DNA of 63,608 bases, the filler included, from Pelomyxa schiedti (taxonomy: Eukaryota; Protista; Evosea), in the NCBI GenBank assembly GCA_020536535.1. It is 8 parts of 8 records of this genome, joined end to end, with 100 filler letters (N's around TTAATTAATTAA, not from the genome) between each part and the next. Parts side by side here need not be neighbours in the genome. Positions count along the whole stretch, not along the records: positions 1 to 15,548 come from JAHLWZ010000577.1; 7 more parts are not named here. One strand, given 5' to 3'. Within the stretch, counting starts at the first letter, position 1. Every line of letters begins with the position of its first letter. The position numbers were made by a program, and so were the translations under genes. Below are positions 1-11,846 of this stretch, one piece after another. Below the pieces are notes generated by a model, which searched no databases, was not told the origin of the DNA, and worked only from the letters and a program-made list of their open reading frames with translations.

Positions 1-768
1 TTGACGGGAAAAGCACTCACACGTTGGTAATAATTTCTCGTTTTCCAATCATTTTGAACAAAGTCTGACAAATGCATCACCAGGCTTTTGAATACACAAC
101 GAAATTCTGGGAAACGTACTCTGACGTCCCGAAGTTTGCAGTCACCATGCTCATTGAGGGTCACGAAAACACCGGTCACGTCGCGGCGTTGATGGATCAA
201 GGTTTGTTTGTGGCCTCCCTTTGTATTTTCTCAGACTCTTCTAGATTTAGCCAATCTCGTCTCTGGAAAGACCTTAAATCTGAGTGACACAGCTGTGTTC
301 ATTGTTGCTGACCATGGACTTCACATGGGACCACTCTTTGTGCTTGGTTTGGAGTCTGCTGACCTTGAAAATAAGTTGCCGGTTTTGATTGCACTGTTGC
401 CGCAATCGTTTGTGCACTCCAATCGGCGGCTGGAGGAAACCCTGTTGTGTGTTCCCTTCATTCGGTCTTCCCTGTGTATTGACAAAACCGCACAGTTCAA
501 ACGAGCAAGCTCTGATCACGGCCTTTGACGTACACTCCACTCTTTCTGACTTTTCACTGCCGGAACAAGAGGATTCACACCCCCCAAACAGGCCTACCAC
601 ATCCCTTGCTGCTGATGCTTATGGTACCGAACAATCAAGCAGCCTCTTCCGGCACATTCCGGCAAGGTATATACTTTTTTCATGTTCAAATCAACTAAAA
701 TACTAACCAGCCGGACCTGTGATACTGCCGGTATCCCTCAACAGTTCTGCAAGTGTGTATCACCATAG
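1..768 (+). CDS. DUF229 family (alkaline phosphatase/sulfatase-like) protein, 3' part, spliced
   Basis: Hand-spliced exons read ...MDQDLANLVSGKTLNLSDTAVFIVADHGLHMG...LENKLPVL...NEQALITAFDVHSTL...IPASRTCDTAGIPQQFCKC, stop 766-768. The SDHG-like, LE-x-LP, T-x-FD-x-H and RTC-x-x-AGIP-x-x-x-C-x-C motifs are typical of DUF229. Confidence 0.75.
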
Positions 769-911
769 ACCACCCACTGTTTTGTAAATTTTGGTTCAAA
801 CAATGTAATTAAAATAAACACCAAACATTACACAGCCTTTACAGCCATTTTTTTAAAATTGTCAAGTACAAATAGTAGTGTTTTTAGTTGCGGTTGTGTG
901 TACAAACTCAA

Positions 912-3900
912 TCAAGACTTTTTTGCTGCACTTATTGTGTGTTTGATGTCTTCCATCCAAATCAACTATTATAAAGTTAAAAAAACACGGGAGCCATAGA
1001 GAGGAACATACATAGCCGGCATATTTCTCCAGTGGCCAACTGAATTTATATTTGCGCTTTTCCTCAACCACAAATCCATTGGCTTTGTGGTTGGACACAA
1101 TAATGGCAATAGTTAGGGAAATGGGAATAAAAAAAGGGAGGGAAATCATACAGCTGTGGGTTGGATTATCACGGAGGGAACTTTTTGTCAAATCTAAAGC
1201 ATACAACTTGCTTTTTTTGTTTGGGCAGACTGGACTGAATAAAAACTTGTAATTTGATAGAAGGTATGCAGTAACTTCAGTAGTCCTTCCTTTTTTTGTT
1301 TGTGTGATTGTACCGGTTCTGTGGGAATTATTAGTATCCGCTGTAGAATCTGGAAAGCGGTTACCGAATCACAGAAGAGTCACCAAATAGGGCATCAAGT
1401 TCCTCAAGAGGCTTGTCACCATTATTCTTGAAAGTCTCGATTTCATCTTGCTCTGAAACCTGCCTTTGTAGTGAGACAAGACACCTGTAAACTCACAAAC
1501 CTTCGTATTTACTTCGTCCAGGATTCTTTTAACTTTATCTTCGGCCTCACATAAATTTGAGAACTCTGGTTCTGATTGGTCAATGTACTTCTTTATCTCC
1601 TGTTGGTGTGTAACTACTTTCGCCATATTTGAGAAGAGGGATGGTCTACTCTGATCAGTAACGGGTATTTACATATTCTTTGCACTAAAAAAATAACCGG
1701 TTAAGAGAAGTAGTGGTGGCCAGTCTCATGCCTGGCTTGATTAAAAATCCAGGCAGATCAAGGTTCTTACATGCCGGTACCAATCGGCAGAGCTGTTTGG
1801 AATTTATTTGTTGTTGTCATCTTCGCGGAAATAAGCCGAATTATTGACTTAAATACAGACCTTGAGGAACTCTTTCACTGTTGGGTTGTCCTCACAGAGA
1901 AGGTGGCAAGTTCGCCGGAAGACTGACTGGTTCCCACAGTAAATACTATACACCCGGCATAAATCCTCCTTGATAGTAGCAATGGTCATTGGCAAGAGTA
2001 CATAAATAAGGGTAATAAGGAACAAACTGATGCATCACGGAATATCTTTCCAATTTTCGGGATGAAGAAGTTTTCAAGTGTCAAGCTTGACATTTCTTCG
2101 TCCATTACAGCCTCAACTTCCCTAATTATAAAGTGAGGGTTATGTTAATGAAAAATGGAGAATAGTGTGCTATACTTGGTAACTTCATAAATGTCCAACA
2201 AGTTACTGAAGAGGTTGCGCATATTCCTTTCTGAAATGATTTTGGAGGCAGTTAAAGGTTTGAAGTATTCCTGCACAAAGTGAATAAAAGTTAATTCCAT
2301 TTTATCTGGAGTCACATTGATGATGACTTCCAAGTCCTCCTTGTATGACTTTTCTGTATCTAGTAAAGCTCAGACACAGAAAGATAGAATTTACATACAA
2401 TAAAGCTCGGAAATAGCGTTATACAAGCATATTTTCCTAGAATCAGCATGCGATGCACCCGAAATTCTGGTGGGCTGAAAGTAGGGAGTTATGCCTGTGG
2501 GTGTCATTACAATTCCACTTCCGTCAGTGTCAGAAACGATTGGAGCCGGAGGGGGTGGGGGAGCAGAGATTTCCGTTGCTTCTTCCTCAGAACCTTTTGC
2601 AGGTTACGCAGTTGTTGCCTAGTTGCATATTTACGAGGTTCAGTCTGTTCTAAAGCGTGGGCAATTGTAGCTGTTGAGGCGGCAACTTCTTTTACCAGGC
2701 TGTTAGCTATATTGTTCTGCATTTCGGAGGGATTTGATTTGCAAGGTTCAGCTGGCTTCTCTGCTTTGCTTTCCAGATCCTGTGGATTCCTTGAGGAATC
2801 AGAAGGGGTCATTAGAGTGAAAGTTGAAATTGTACAAGTTGTTGAAAGTCATGCTGGTTCCACTCTATACAGTATTGGTTAAATTGTCTGCCAAAAGGAA
2901 GAAAGATACATTGGATGATATACACATTGAAACCGGTCTGGCAATCTGTTGTTTTATTTCATCTTGCACCTAACATGATAAGAATGGAATAAAGAAACAG
3001 AAAATACCTCTCGTGGAATAATGAGTGTACGTCTCCCCTCCCTCGAGGGGAGTGCAGGTTTTGATGGCGGGGGTTGTAGGGAGTGAGTGGTATCCTGTGG
3101 TGTTGGTGAAGGAAGTGGCTTCCTTGGTGGTTTGGAGACTGAGGGGACTGCTGTCTGTTTACCACCTAAACACATATGAGACACTTTTTTGAGCCAATGT
3201 ATGGGAAATGATACTGTCTGGTGGAACATCGGCTGTGACTCCTGGGTTTTCATTCTCCGATAGTGAGGTGCCTTCTTGCTGTTGTTGTAACTGATGTTGT
3301 AATTCAATAGCAACATTTGGAGTTGCTTCTGTGGAACTCACTGGGGCTTTTGGTGGTAACCGTACAGGTGGTCTGTCAGATGAAGCAACGATGATGTTGC
3401 CGTTTCTTTCTTGGTTGTCTGAAGGGTATTGGTTTGGTTTAGTTGCCGTAGGGGTTTCAGGGAAGCGTGGACCTTGAGGAAGGGAAGGTTGTGGTTTGTT
3501 GGGGGGAGCTGAGTGAACAACCATTGTGGGGATTAATTGAGATACAGGACGCAATGGCCTGCGAACTAATGTAGGTGATGTGGGAGGAGAAAAATGGGAT
3601 GCTGGAGAAGGGAGAGAATTTCTCCCAGAAAGGGAAATTTCTGATCCTAAGGTGGATGAAGGAATTGGTGTCTGAACTGTGGTAGGTGTATCTGCTTTTC
3701 GTTGATTGTGAGTGGTGGCTAAGAGTAAATCTACACCATGGTGAGCATATACATTTTCATCAGTAAGAGCGCGAGGCCGCCTGGGGGGCATTGCAGGTTT
3801 ACAAGTTGGAAGTGGAGTCTTTACAAGTGAAGGTGAAGGTGAAGGTGAAGGTGAATCGGAGCACAAAGGAGATGGCGATTTGGAACGGGGCCGGGGAATT

Positions 3901-4778
3901 GCAGGCGGGGCTCGTGCAGGTGGTGGTCGTGGTCTACCTAGATCAGCTACAGGTTCCTTGTGAGAACTTAGCTTGGAAGATAATGCATAACTCAAAGTAT
4001 CCTAGCTTACCATAATTTCTTCATGTCTGACACTCTGATCTGATAGTGGAGACAGCAATAGTGGTGATGATGAAGATGCTTGTGGCAATGACAAATGAGA
4101 AGAAGGTGGAGGAGGCTGAGATTGACATTGTGATTGTGGTTGTGGTTGTGGTTGTGAGGACGACAAGGATCCATTTTTGGCAGCACTGGGTGATGACGTC
4201 ACAGAAGCAGCCAACATGGCCTCGTTCAACAGAGGAGGGGCTCTCCTTGGTGGCTGCGATACCGCCCTCGTTGGTCTACCCCCTCCCCCAGGACCACAAC
4301 CACCACTCCCATAACCACACCCACCGACATCGGGCGTCGGCGCCGTTTTAACCGGCTTGGTCCCCTCGCCGCCACCGCCACAGCCATCGCCACCCCCACC
4401 CTCATCCTCATCCTGCCCCTCCCCCAACGAACCGCCGCCGCCGCCGCCGTCGGGCTTCGCGACGGTGCAAGACGGCGGCGTAGTGGGAATCCGTGCATCG
4501 GCGGCGCGATCGCCGCCAAGCGGATTATGGGACACGACAACCACCGTCCCCCCTCCTCCGCTTACTCCACCGACATCGGCGGCGTCGCGCCTGGGCGGGG
4601 GCGGCGGCGTAGCGGTGGTTGTAGTCGAAGTAGTACTGGGCGAGGGCGAGGTAGGCGGGGCGCGGGAGGGGGGCCCGCAGCAGCCCCCCCGCTGGGTGCT
4701 GGTGGTGCTGCTGCTGGTGCCGGAGGAAGGAGCAGGGGGGAGAGGGGGCAGCGAAGGGGGCGCCCGCTGCGGGGGCAA
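912..4778 (-). CDS. RhoGEF (DH-PH) with long Pro/Ser-rich N-terminus, multi-exon; start codon uncertain
   Basis: DH helix TEKSYKEDLEVIIN/EYFKPL...MRNLFSNLLDIYE, then LCEAEDKVKRILDEVN. PH-like end WMEDIKHTISAAKKS with stop at 912-914. ORFs 4002-4778, 3159-3995 and 2507-2812 are low-complexity exons on the same strand. Confidence 0.75.
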
Positions 4779-4913
4779 CGACTGCCTATTGATGCTGCTG
4801 GTTGCTGCCGTCGTGTGTCGCTCGGTATATACGGCTTCGACGAATTACCCGAAAAAAATAATCTCAAAAAAGGTCGCGGTTTTGTGTGTTGATTGAGCGA
4901 TTGGGTTGGGTTG

Positions 4914-5703
4914 ATGGCGGCCACAACTACTACCACGAGTACGGCGACGATGGGCGAGGACGTGCTGGGGAGCGTGAGGGACCACACGGCGGCGAGGGAG
5001 GGGTCCATGTGGGTGTGCCGCGTCGTTCCCATAATCACCAATGAGTGGGCACACTTGTCATCAGGTGGCAGTGGGGGGGTGGCAGTTTCTGGCAAGGGGG
5101 ATGTGATCAAGTCCACAGCTGCTGGGGTGTATCTGGCCCTGGACAACAATGCCATAAGTGTGTTTTTGTGTTTGCTTGGGTTTTTGTTTTGGTTGTTGGT
5201 GCCATGAAGTAGGACTGACTGAGGGAATTATGCAGGGGGAGTGTCTCATGTCATCTTCCATAGAAGAGTGATAAATAAGCTGAACTCTACAACAAGTGTA
5301 TGAAAACTAACTATGTTCTTGTATTTATTGATGTCATAGGACTGGGAAAATGTTCCCTTGACATTAGAAGAAGTCACAGGCCAGTACCATCTCTACAAAA
5401 CAGAGTTATATTTCAAGTGCACACTTGTGCCAAAGGCAGGACCTGTCATGTACCAACTCAATCACCTACTGTTAAAAGCTAACTGACACAACACAAAGTG
5501 TGCATAAACATCATGTGTATGAAGGAGTATTCTGTGCAATAGCAAATAATACTGCACATTGGTTGCAACTGCATGTTAACCATAACATTACTATTGAAGA
5601 AGATATTTTGGACCAAGGGGCTGATGTGTTGTCTAAAAGGTGCACAAAGTTTGAACCCCCAACAATTCCTTGGTCATTGTGGAGACATAACATTGAAGAA
5701 TAA
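4914..5703 (+). CDS. hypothetical protein, spliced
   Basis: ATG at 4914 (MAATTTTTSTAT...). GT-AG introns join it in frame to RVINKLNSTTS / DWENVPLTLEEVTGQYHLYKTELYF / VHKHHVYEGVFC...WRHNIEE stop 5703. No family recognised. Confidence 0.55.
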
Positions 5704-5802
5704 ACAAATTCCTTTGTTTTCCAAAAAATAATATTTTTCTAAACAGGTAAACAACAGGTGAGATTACCCAACAAAGTGTGCTTATACATGCAGGCCTCAG
5801 GT

Positions 5803-5876
5803 ACCCAAAAGCACAGCCAGGCAGCGCAACCACGTCGCCTGTCTCTCACACCCAGTCATCCCCTGCGCACACAACG
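5803..5876 (+). repeat. 74-bp direct repeat, copy 1
   Basis: Matches 6366-6439 with three mismatches, all CG versus CA. Confidence 0.95.
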
Positions 5877-6052
5877 GAGCCTCACCTGCCACCTGCTGTT
5901 CCCTCTCCGCGTTGCTGCTCAGGACAGCCTGACAGCCTGTCCTTGGTTTTTTTGGAGCCAAAAAAATTTTTTTTGGAATTTTTGGTGAATTTTCCTTGTT
6001 TTTTTTCTTCTTCTTTTTTCAAGGAGGAAAACAATAAAAACAAAAGTTAGGA

Positions 6053-6135
6053 TGGACCCGGTCAGAATTGAACCTGCGACCTCATAGCTTCTAGATCCCT
6101 GGGGTTCAAGTTCTAAACGACTAAGCCATTCATCT
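6053..6135 (-). pseudogene. degenerate tRNA-like element
   Basis: Minus strand has an A-box-like TGGCTTAGTCGTTTAGAA, a variable-loop/T-arm AGGTCGCAGGTTCAATTCTG and a tRNA-like 3' end CCGGGTCCA. The acceptor and anticodon stems do not pair. Confidence 0.45.
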
Positions 6136-6365
6136 TAACCACAAAACAAGTACCCTAGTCACACCTTAAATATGTAAGACAGCCAAATGCCACTGTCAAG
6201 TGAGTGGGTTTGACACATCAAAGCCATGTTTTGGGTTTGGACCCCCCACAGAGACACTGCGTTCCAATTCTTTGGGTTGTTGGGGGTACTGCACTGCTTG
6301 GCAGGGGTTTCACCCCATGGAGGGGGTGCACCAAGTTAGGTGTCAAATGCAAAGAAAGCAAGTGG

Positions 6366-6439
6366 ACCCAAAAGCACAGCCAGGCAGCGCAACCACGTCA
6401 CCTGTCTCTCACACCCAGTCGTCCCCTGCACACACAACG
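6366..6439 (+). repeat. 74-bp direct repeat, copy 2
   Basis: Matches 5803-5876 with three CG/CA mismatches. Confidence 0.95.
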
Positions 6440-6887
6440 CAGGGTTTCCAGGAAAGGCCATTAGACTGAGCACTATGGCCATTCCTGTGAATGCTCAGCT
6501 ATGCACCAAACTAAGTTTCCCACTGGTTCTTAGGTCTTGCTCTCTGACACCTTACTGTGGAACCCTTCATTTTTCTAAACCAAGATTGGGTATTTGCAGT
6601 ATTTGGTATTTTTCTTGTTACCTAAAGAGCAAAAAACCTGTTTTCATGTGGATGTTTTTGAGGCCAAATAAAGGTCAAGAGTCATTGAGACACATGTATG
6701 AATGCCATAAAAGTGGTCTTAAATCAACACAGTGCAATGTTAATTGCAACCTTCACTGGGGCTGGATGTCCAACAAGACCCAGCAGTATCAATAATCTGA
6801 GGCAGATTCGACATGTCCCCACATGCACTTATGGGTGCCAAATCTACTCTGTTGATTGGGAAACATTGACGGCCAATTCAGAATAAA

Positions 6888-8702
6888 ATGCAGCACCTGG
6901 CCGTCGTAGTGGGCTCCGGCCACCGCAACCGGCTCGTATCGTCCCCGCGGCGCCGAGACGTCCTGCGGACAACAACGACAACACGCCCACGCCAGCAGCT
7001 GGCGGGTTTGCCGAGGCGGAGTCCCGACACGGACAACAACAACAACGGGGGTGGCGAGGCGGCGACGGCGTCGGGCAAGCGCAGGCGCACCGCGACACAG
7101 GGGGACCGAGGTCGACCCAGTAACCAACGGGCAAGGGGGGAACCAGAGGGAGATGGAGATGGAGAGGGAGAGGGAGGGAACTACGAGGAGGGCAAGGAGG
7201 AGAGCGGGGACGGCGAGCGAGGCAGGGAGGGGGACGAGGAGGAGGGCGGCCACGACGACTACGACGACGAGCAGACGACAAAACTGGGTGCCTTGGCTTC
7301 ATTGATAATGGTGCGTCGCGTGGGTGGGGATGAATTGTGGGTGGCTCTGTTTTCCTTTTTTTTTTCTTTTTACATTTTCTTTTTGTTTGTTTGTTTGTTT
7401 GTTTGTTTGGTTGTATTTGAGGAATTGTGTATTTATTTCAGCTTAAGAGGTATGCACTACATGGACGGAGTTTGATACTGGTTGGAACAAAAAAGCAAGG
7501 TACAGCTGTCAAACGGGTTCTCTCCTTCATGGGTAATTTACTGCTTTGTTCTTTCAATTATCTCACAAAAAAAAATTAAAAAAAAGAGGTGGAAAAGTAT
7601 CACTCAGGATTGGACCCTTCACTGAGAAAACAACTTGCTACTTCTTTCCAAAGTGTATGTAATTGTTTGATTAGAATTGTAATTGTCTGTGTAACATTAA
7701 AAAGGCTTTAAAATAAAATCAGGGTGACTTCCCAGTTCTCACTACTTCATTCAGTTGTGCTCAACATGATGAGTTTCTGGCCAATATTTCTGCTGACTTA
7801 GTCATTACTTTCTCCCCTCTGAGGTGCGCAATATTAATAATGAACTTTTCATCTTAAGTAGTCCCTCAGTTCAACTGGACAGTATATTGTAAACTCAAGC
7901 AAAGCTGCTCCAACAGGAATTAGTATCGTGTTGCTCTTTCAAAGGAATATGGATATGTTGAAGCAAATTCAAATCGAAGCAGGTTCATTGGCACAAATCC
8001 CATTGGAATTTAACCTCTTGTAAGGAGTAAAATTCACTCGTATCGGGATTCCACAACCTACAAGCATCTTACAAAATATCGGTGATATTGTTGCTTGTCA
8101 AATTACCGCGCTTCCCGTTGCAATTTCCCCAGAAACAGCAGAGAAAGCATCCTCACAAGTAGAGTTGGTATTCTCCTTTTTTCCTAACTGCTTTGTAGAG
8201 TGGGACTCAACTGATCATATCACGAGCCCTGGCTCTTTTGTCATCGCAATATGTACCACTGGCCGATGTAAACAAACCTATATCCTTTCTTTCCGCACGC
8301 CCGAATCACATCAGCCTTCTTTTTGACTTGGCTGGTCCAATTTCCACCTCAAACCTCCCCAAAAGCCTTGACCTTATGGGCAAAAAGCTGGTATCTTCAT
8401 TTCTATTGCCAGACCATAATAACTAACTCCGCAACTCTCCACAGGGCATCCCACAACTGAGTTCCAACTGTGTGGTTATCTCCGCACCTTCCGCTGAATC
8501 CCCCACAACAAACAACACTACCAAAAAAACAAGCACCAAAACCGGCACTCTGACTCCCTCTTCCCGGCTAATTCTCGATGTTGAGTACAATTCCGCACAA
8601 GTTCTACTCCAAAACGGCGGCTCTATCACCAAAGCCAACACAAACCCTTTCACTCACATAGAGGCACTCACATCAATACCACCCTTCATGCAGTCCTTCT
8701 AA
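6888..8702 (+). CDS. DDX21/DDX50-like protein retaining only a degenerate helicase C-terminal domain and a GUCT-like region
   Basis: Hand-spliced: LKRYALHGRSLILVGTKKQG...YHSGLDPSLRKQLATSFQSGDFPVLTTS...ADLVITFSPLSSTGQYIVNSSKAAPTGISIVLLFQRNMDMLKQIQIEAGVKFTRIGIPQ. This parallels recalled DDX21 sequence GRTIIFCETKK...FRNGSFGVLVAT...VDLVIQ...KAGIKFKRIGVP. Confidence 0.6.
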
Positions 8703-8810
8703 CATATTAATAATAATGCCAGACAACAAAAAGGGTTTGTGTTTCAAAAAAAATTTTTATTCTTTGTGGTGAATGTTGGTTTGGTACTAGCTATTACAAT
8801 TGATGTTTTT

Positions 8811-11547
8811 TTATGGTGATTGTGTGGTGTCTGTTGTTATGTTTTGGTGGTGTGTTGTTGGTGAAAGAAGAAGGGACGATGATGGGGTACTGCCGTCAGG
8901 TGCAAATCCCTTGTGACAGGAGAGGCTGTGATTTGGGATTTGAGTAGAGATTAATGGAATGATGGGGAGGGGGGACTGCATACAAGATTCCGCTTTGAAC
9001 CCGGGCGTGACGGGAGGCCACCCAGCTGGCACTTCTACATAGTACAGGGGATTTGGTTGGGGATGCGGCTAGGTCCGCGGTTGTTTGTATTGGCGTGTTT
9101 GCTGGTGTTGAAGACGAGAGTGTTGTGGGGGATGTTGGTGTTGTGTGGCTGTGTGATGGAGATGGCGGTGATTGAGCGGCGGTATCTTTATGTGTTGGGT
9201 GGGCGGGATTGTCTTGGGAGTTGGAATGGGGTCTAGTAGTCTTCAACTGGCCGGAATCTGTAGAATTTTAGGAAAGTTCGTGAAGCAATTGTGCACGTAC
9301 TCTCAATCTGTTTGTGAATGAGTTGGAAAGTAAAGGGACTGGGTAAGGGAAGATACATCAACAAGATCATTGCAGAATTTGCACACACGGACATGCTTTT
9401 CTGCAACATTCTCCAAAGACCTCTGCCGGCTGCAGTTGCCGCACATAACCTTACCTGAGCTTTCATGAGTGAAACCAACATTGTCTCTAAGAGCAATCCG
9501 TACCACATTTCCGGCAATGGTGCTAGTGGTGAGTTACTATGAGGAGATCACGTGGGAAATTGTATACCCTTCTGATTATCACATTGAACACTTGGCTGCA
9601 TATCATGCAAAATTTTGCATTTTTATCGGGAATCCAGACTGGGGCAGCACCACTTGTATCAATTGTATTCACTTCTTGAAGTGTTTTGTTTACCATATGT
9701 TCTGGGGTGCATTACTAAAAATATGACAAACTTCATTGTCTACTTACTGCCTCTCCTCTCGCCCTTCAGAATTTCATTTAAATCCATAATCTGATAGCAG
9801 GATTCTTAAATTTGTTTCTGCAAAGGTAACGAGCTTACCCAGAAGTCCTTTTCATTTTCAGATTCGGCTCCCACAGTAAATGACTTTTCACTAGAAATTA
9901 TTTGAAAGGCATGCTTGAAATCTGAATGATGATTAGTGAGAAGATATATTTAAAAGAAGGACAACCAGCTGTATCAGTGATTGGTACAACCTTCGTTTTG
10001 GCTAGCATTATGAGACGATGAAACGTGAAAGTCCCAGAAGCTGAGGCTACTTGCGTTCCATAAATAAGACTATCTGTAAACAGCCAAAAGTAACTGTAAA
10101 GTGTGACAGTTAAAGAAGTGGCTGGCAGAAAATGTGATGCAAACCGCTTTTTGACTGTCTTGCGACACACTTTGAAAAGGGGTCCTTCCCGTATGAAAAG
10201 GTGATCAGGATTTTCAATAATTTGCTTGTTGTATGGTTAGGGAATTTCATTTTTTTTTGTTACCTACTTTAGCATCTTTGGAAAGACCAACAAGGTTATG
10301 CGTTATTTCGTATATCTTTTTACAATTTTGTTCCTTTCTAATACTGTCATTTGCAGCCTTTGTTTGTAGGAAGTTAAATGTAAACAGGGATAAAAGGGAG
10401 CACCTACATCAGCCAGTTTCGCTAATCCAGCCATGGCAAGCTGACAATTTGTTTCATCAGGATGCCCTTCAGGCAAATGCTTTGCATAATCCTATTTTGG
10501 TTAGACAGATTGGCATTAGAGGAACTACGTGCCTTGAAGAGCAACAGGTAGCGTGGTATTCTTTGTACTGGGGTGATGAGAAAAGTGAGTAAATCTCTGC
10601 CCTGGCACATGGGTTTATCATGAACTGCCTACCATAAAACCATCAGCCTGCCACAAAAAGGAAATAATTACCTGAAGAAAAGCGACAAATTTATCCTTTT
10701 GCATCAGTTTCTGAGTTGTTTCGATTGCCACATGGTGGTTCTCTAAATACTTAAAATAAATATCAAACCGTGGCAACTATTCCCTTGTTAGGAATGGGCA
10801 AAACATAATTGTAAATACCAATTCCACAATGACGTGAGAAATACAAGATTCAGGCTGCCAACTCTCCACTATAGCTGAGAGAAGTGGTAGTAAGGTATCA
10901 GATAACTCCGCTAGCTCTGTAACATTTTGAAAAAGAGCGGTGTTGTGTGAGGACCAAGGCATGCTCTTAAAGGGTTCCAGGTATTCCTGCCAAGTACGGT
11001 TAAATATTGCTCGAACTTCGTTGGGAATACATTAATGATAATGTGCAGGCCTTTGGAGTATGTAATCTCCGTTGATTGAAGCTCCTTCACAACTTGGTGC
11101 CTGTGCAACGCGTTCATCTCTTCCTGACTCACTAAGAACAGTAAGCAATAGTCGGAAACGTTGGAGGGCAAGAATACTAGGAGGTTCCTCATCAGAGGAA
11201 GTATCAGCAGCATCCGTTGCGGTGGCCGTCGCGCCGCCAGTGGATGATGCTTCGCCTTCCTGCTCCTCCCGCTGCGCGTCAGCTCCGCCGCCGCCAGCGC
11301 CGCTCCCGGTGCCGCTCGCGCTGCTTGTGGTGCTGCTGGTACTACTCCTGTTTGAAGCGTCTTCGCTGAGCGTGGTGGACTCATCGGCACCGGTACTGTC
11401 CGAACGCCGGGGACACAACAACGGCGATGATGACACTACTGACGTTTGTGCGTCATCTTCTGCTTCTACGGCGCCACCGTGTTCGTTGTTGTGGTCCCCC
11501 GGATCTGCGACCACCACCGGAGCGACGTCGTCGCCCTCCCCGCTCAT
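8811..11547 (-). CDS. FGD/frabin-like RhoGEF with DH, PH and FYVE domains
   Basis: DH: VVKELQSTEITYSKGL and LITPVQRIPRYLLLFK. PH: REGPLFKVCRK...WLFTDSLIY. FYVE: APVWIPDKNAKFCMIC...RRHHCRKCG...CGNCS...RVCKFC. Pro/Thr-rich tail with stop at 8811. Confidence 0.9.
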
Positions 11548-11846
11548 ATTTTGTTTTTTATGTTGTTTTTTCTGTCCGTTTTATCGTTCTCGGCATCTCC
11601 TTGACAACGCATCACCTTTTTCTCTTCCGCTAACTGTCTGAAAGATGCAAAAAACTCTCTCGAGAGCCAGGATGGGGCTGTTGTTGAGGTAATAGCAACA
11701 ATGTTGCTATTAAGACACTTATGTCACACGCCTACGTAGGTGTTGAGTATTGTACAGATCTGTGCAGCCACGGCTGTTGGGTTGGGGAGAGGTTGTTTTC
11801 TTCGTGTTTGTGTTGGTGCATTGAGGTGTGTTGTTGGAATCCTCTC

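Noticed and set aside
6789-7302. Minus-strand ORFs with LLAWACC resembling the expanded-family motif
   Set aside because: These are antisense shadows of the CpG-rich first exon of the plus-strand DDX21-like gene and lack the downstream family blocks.
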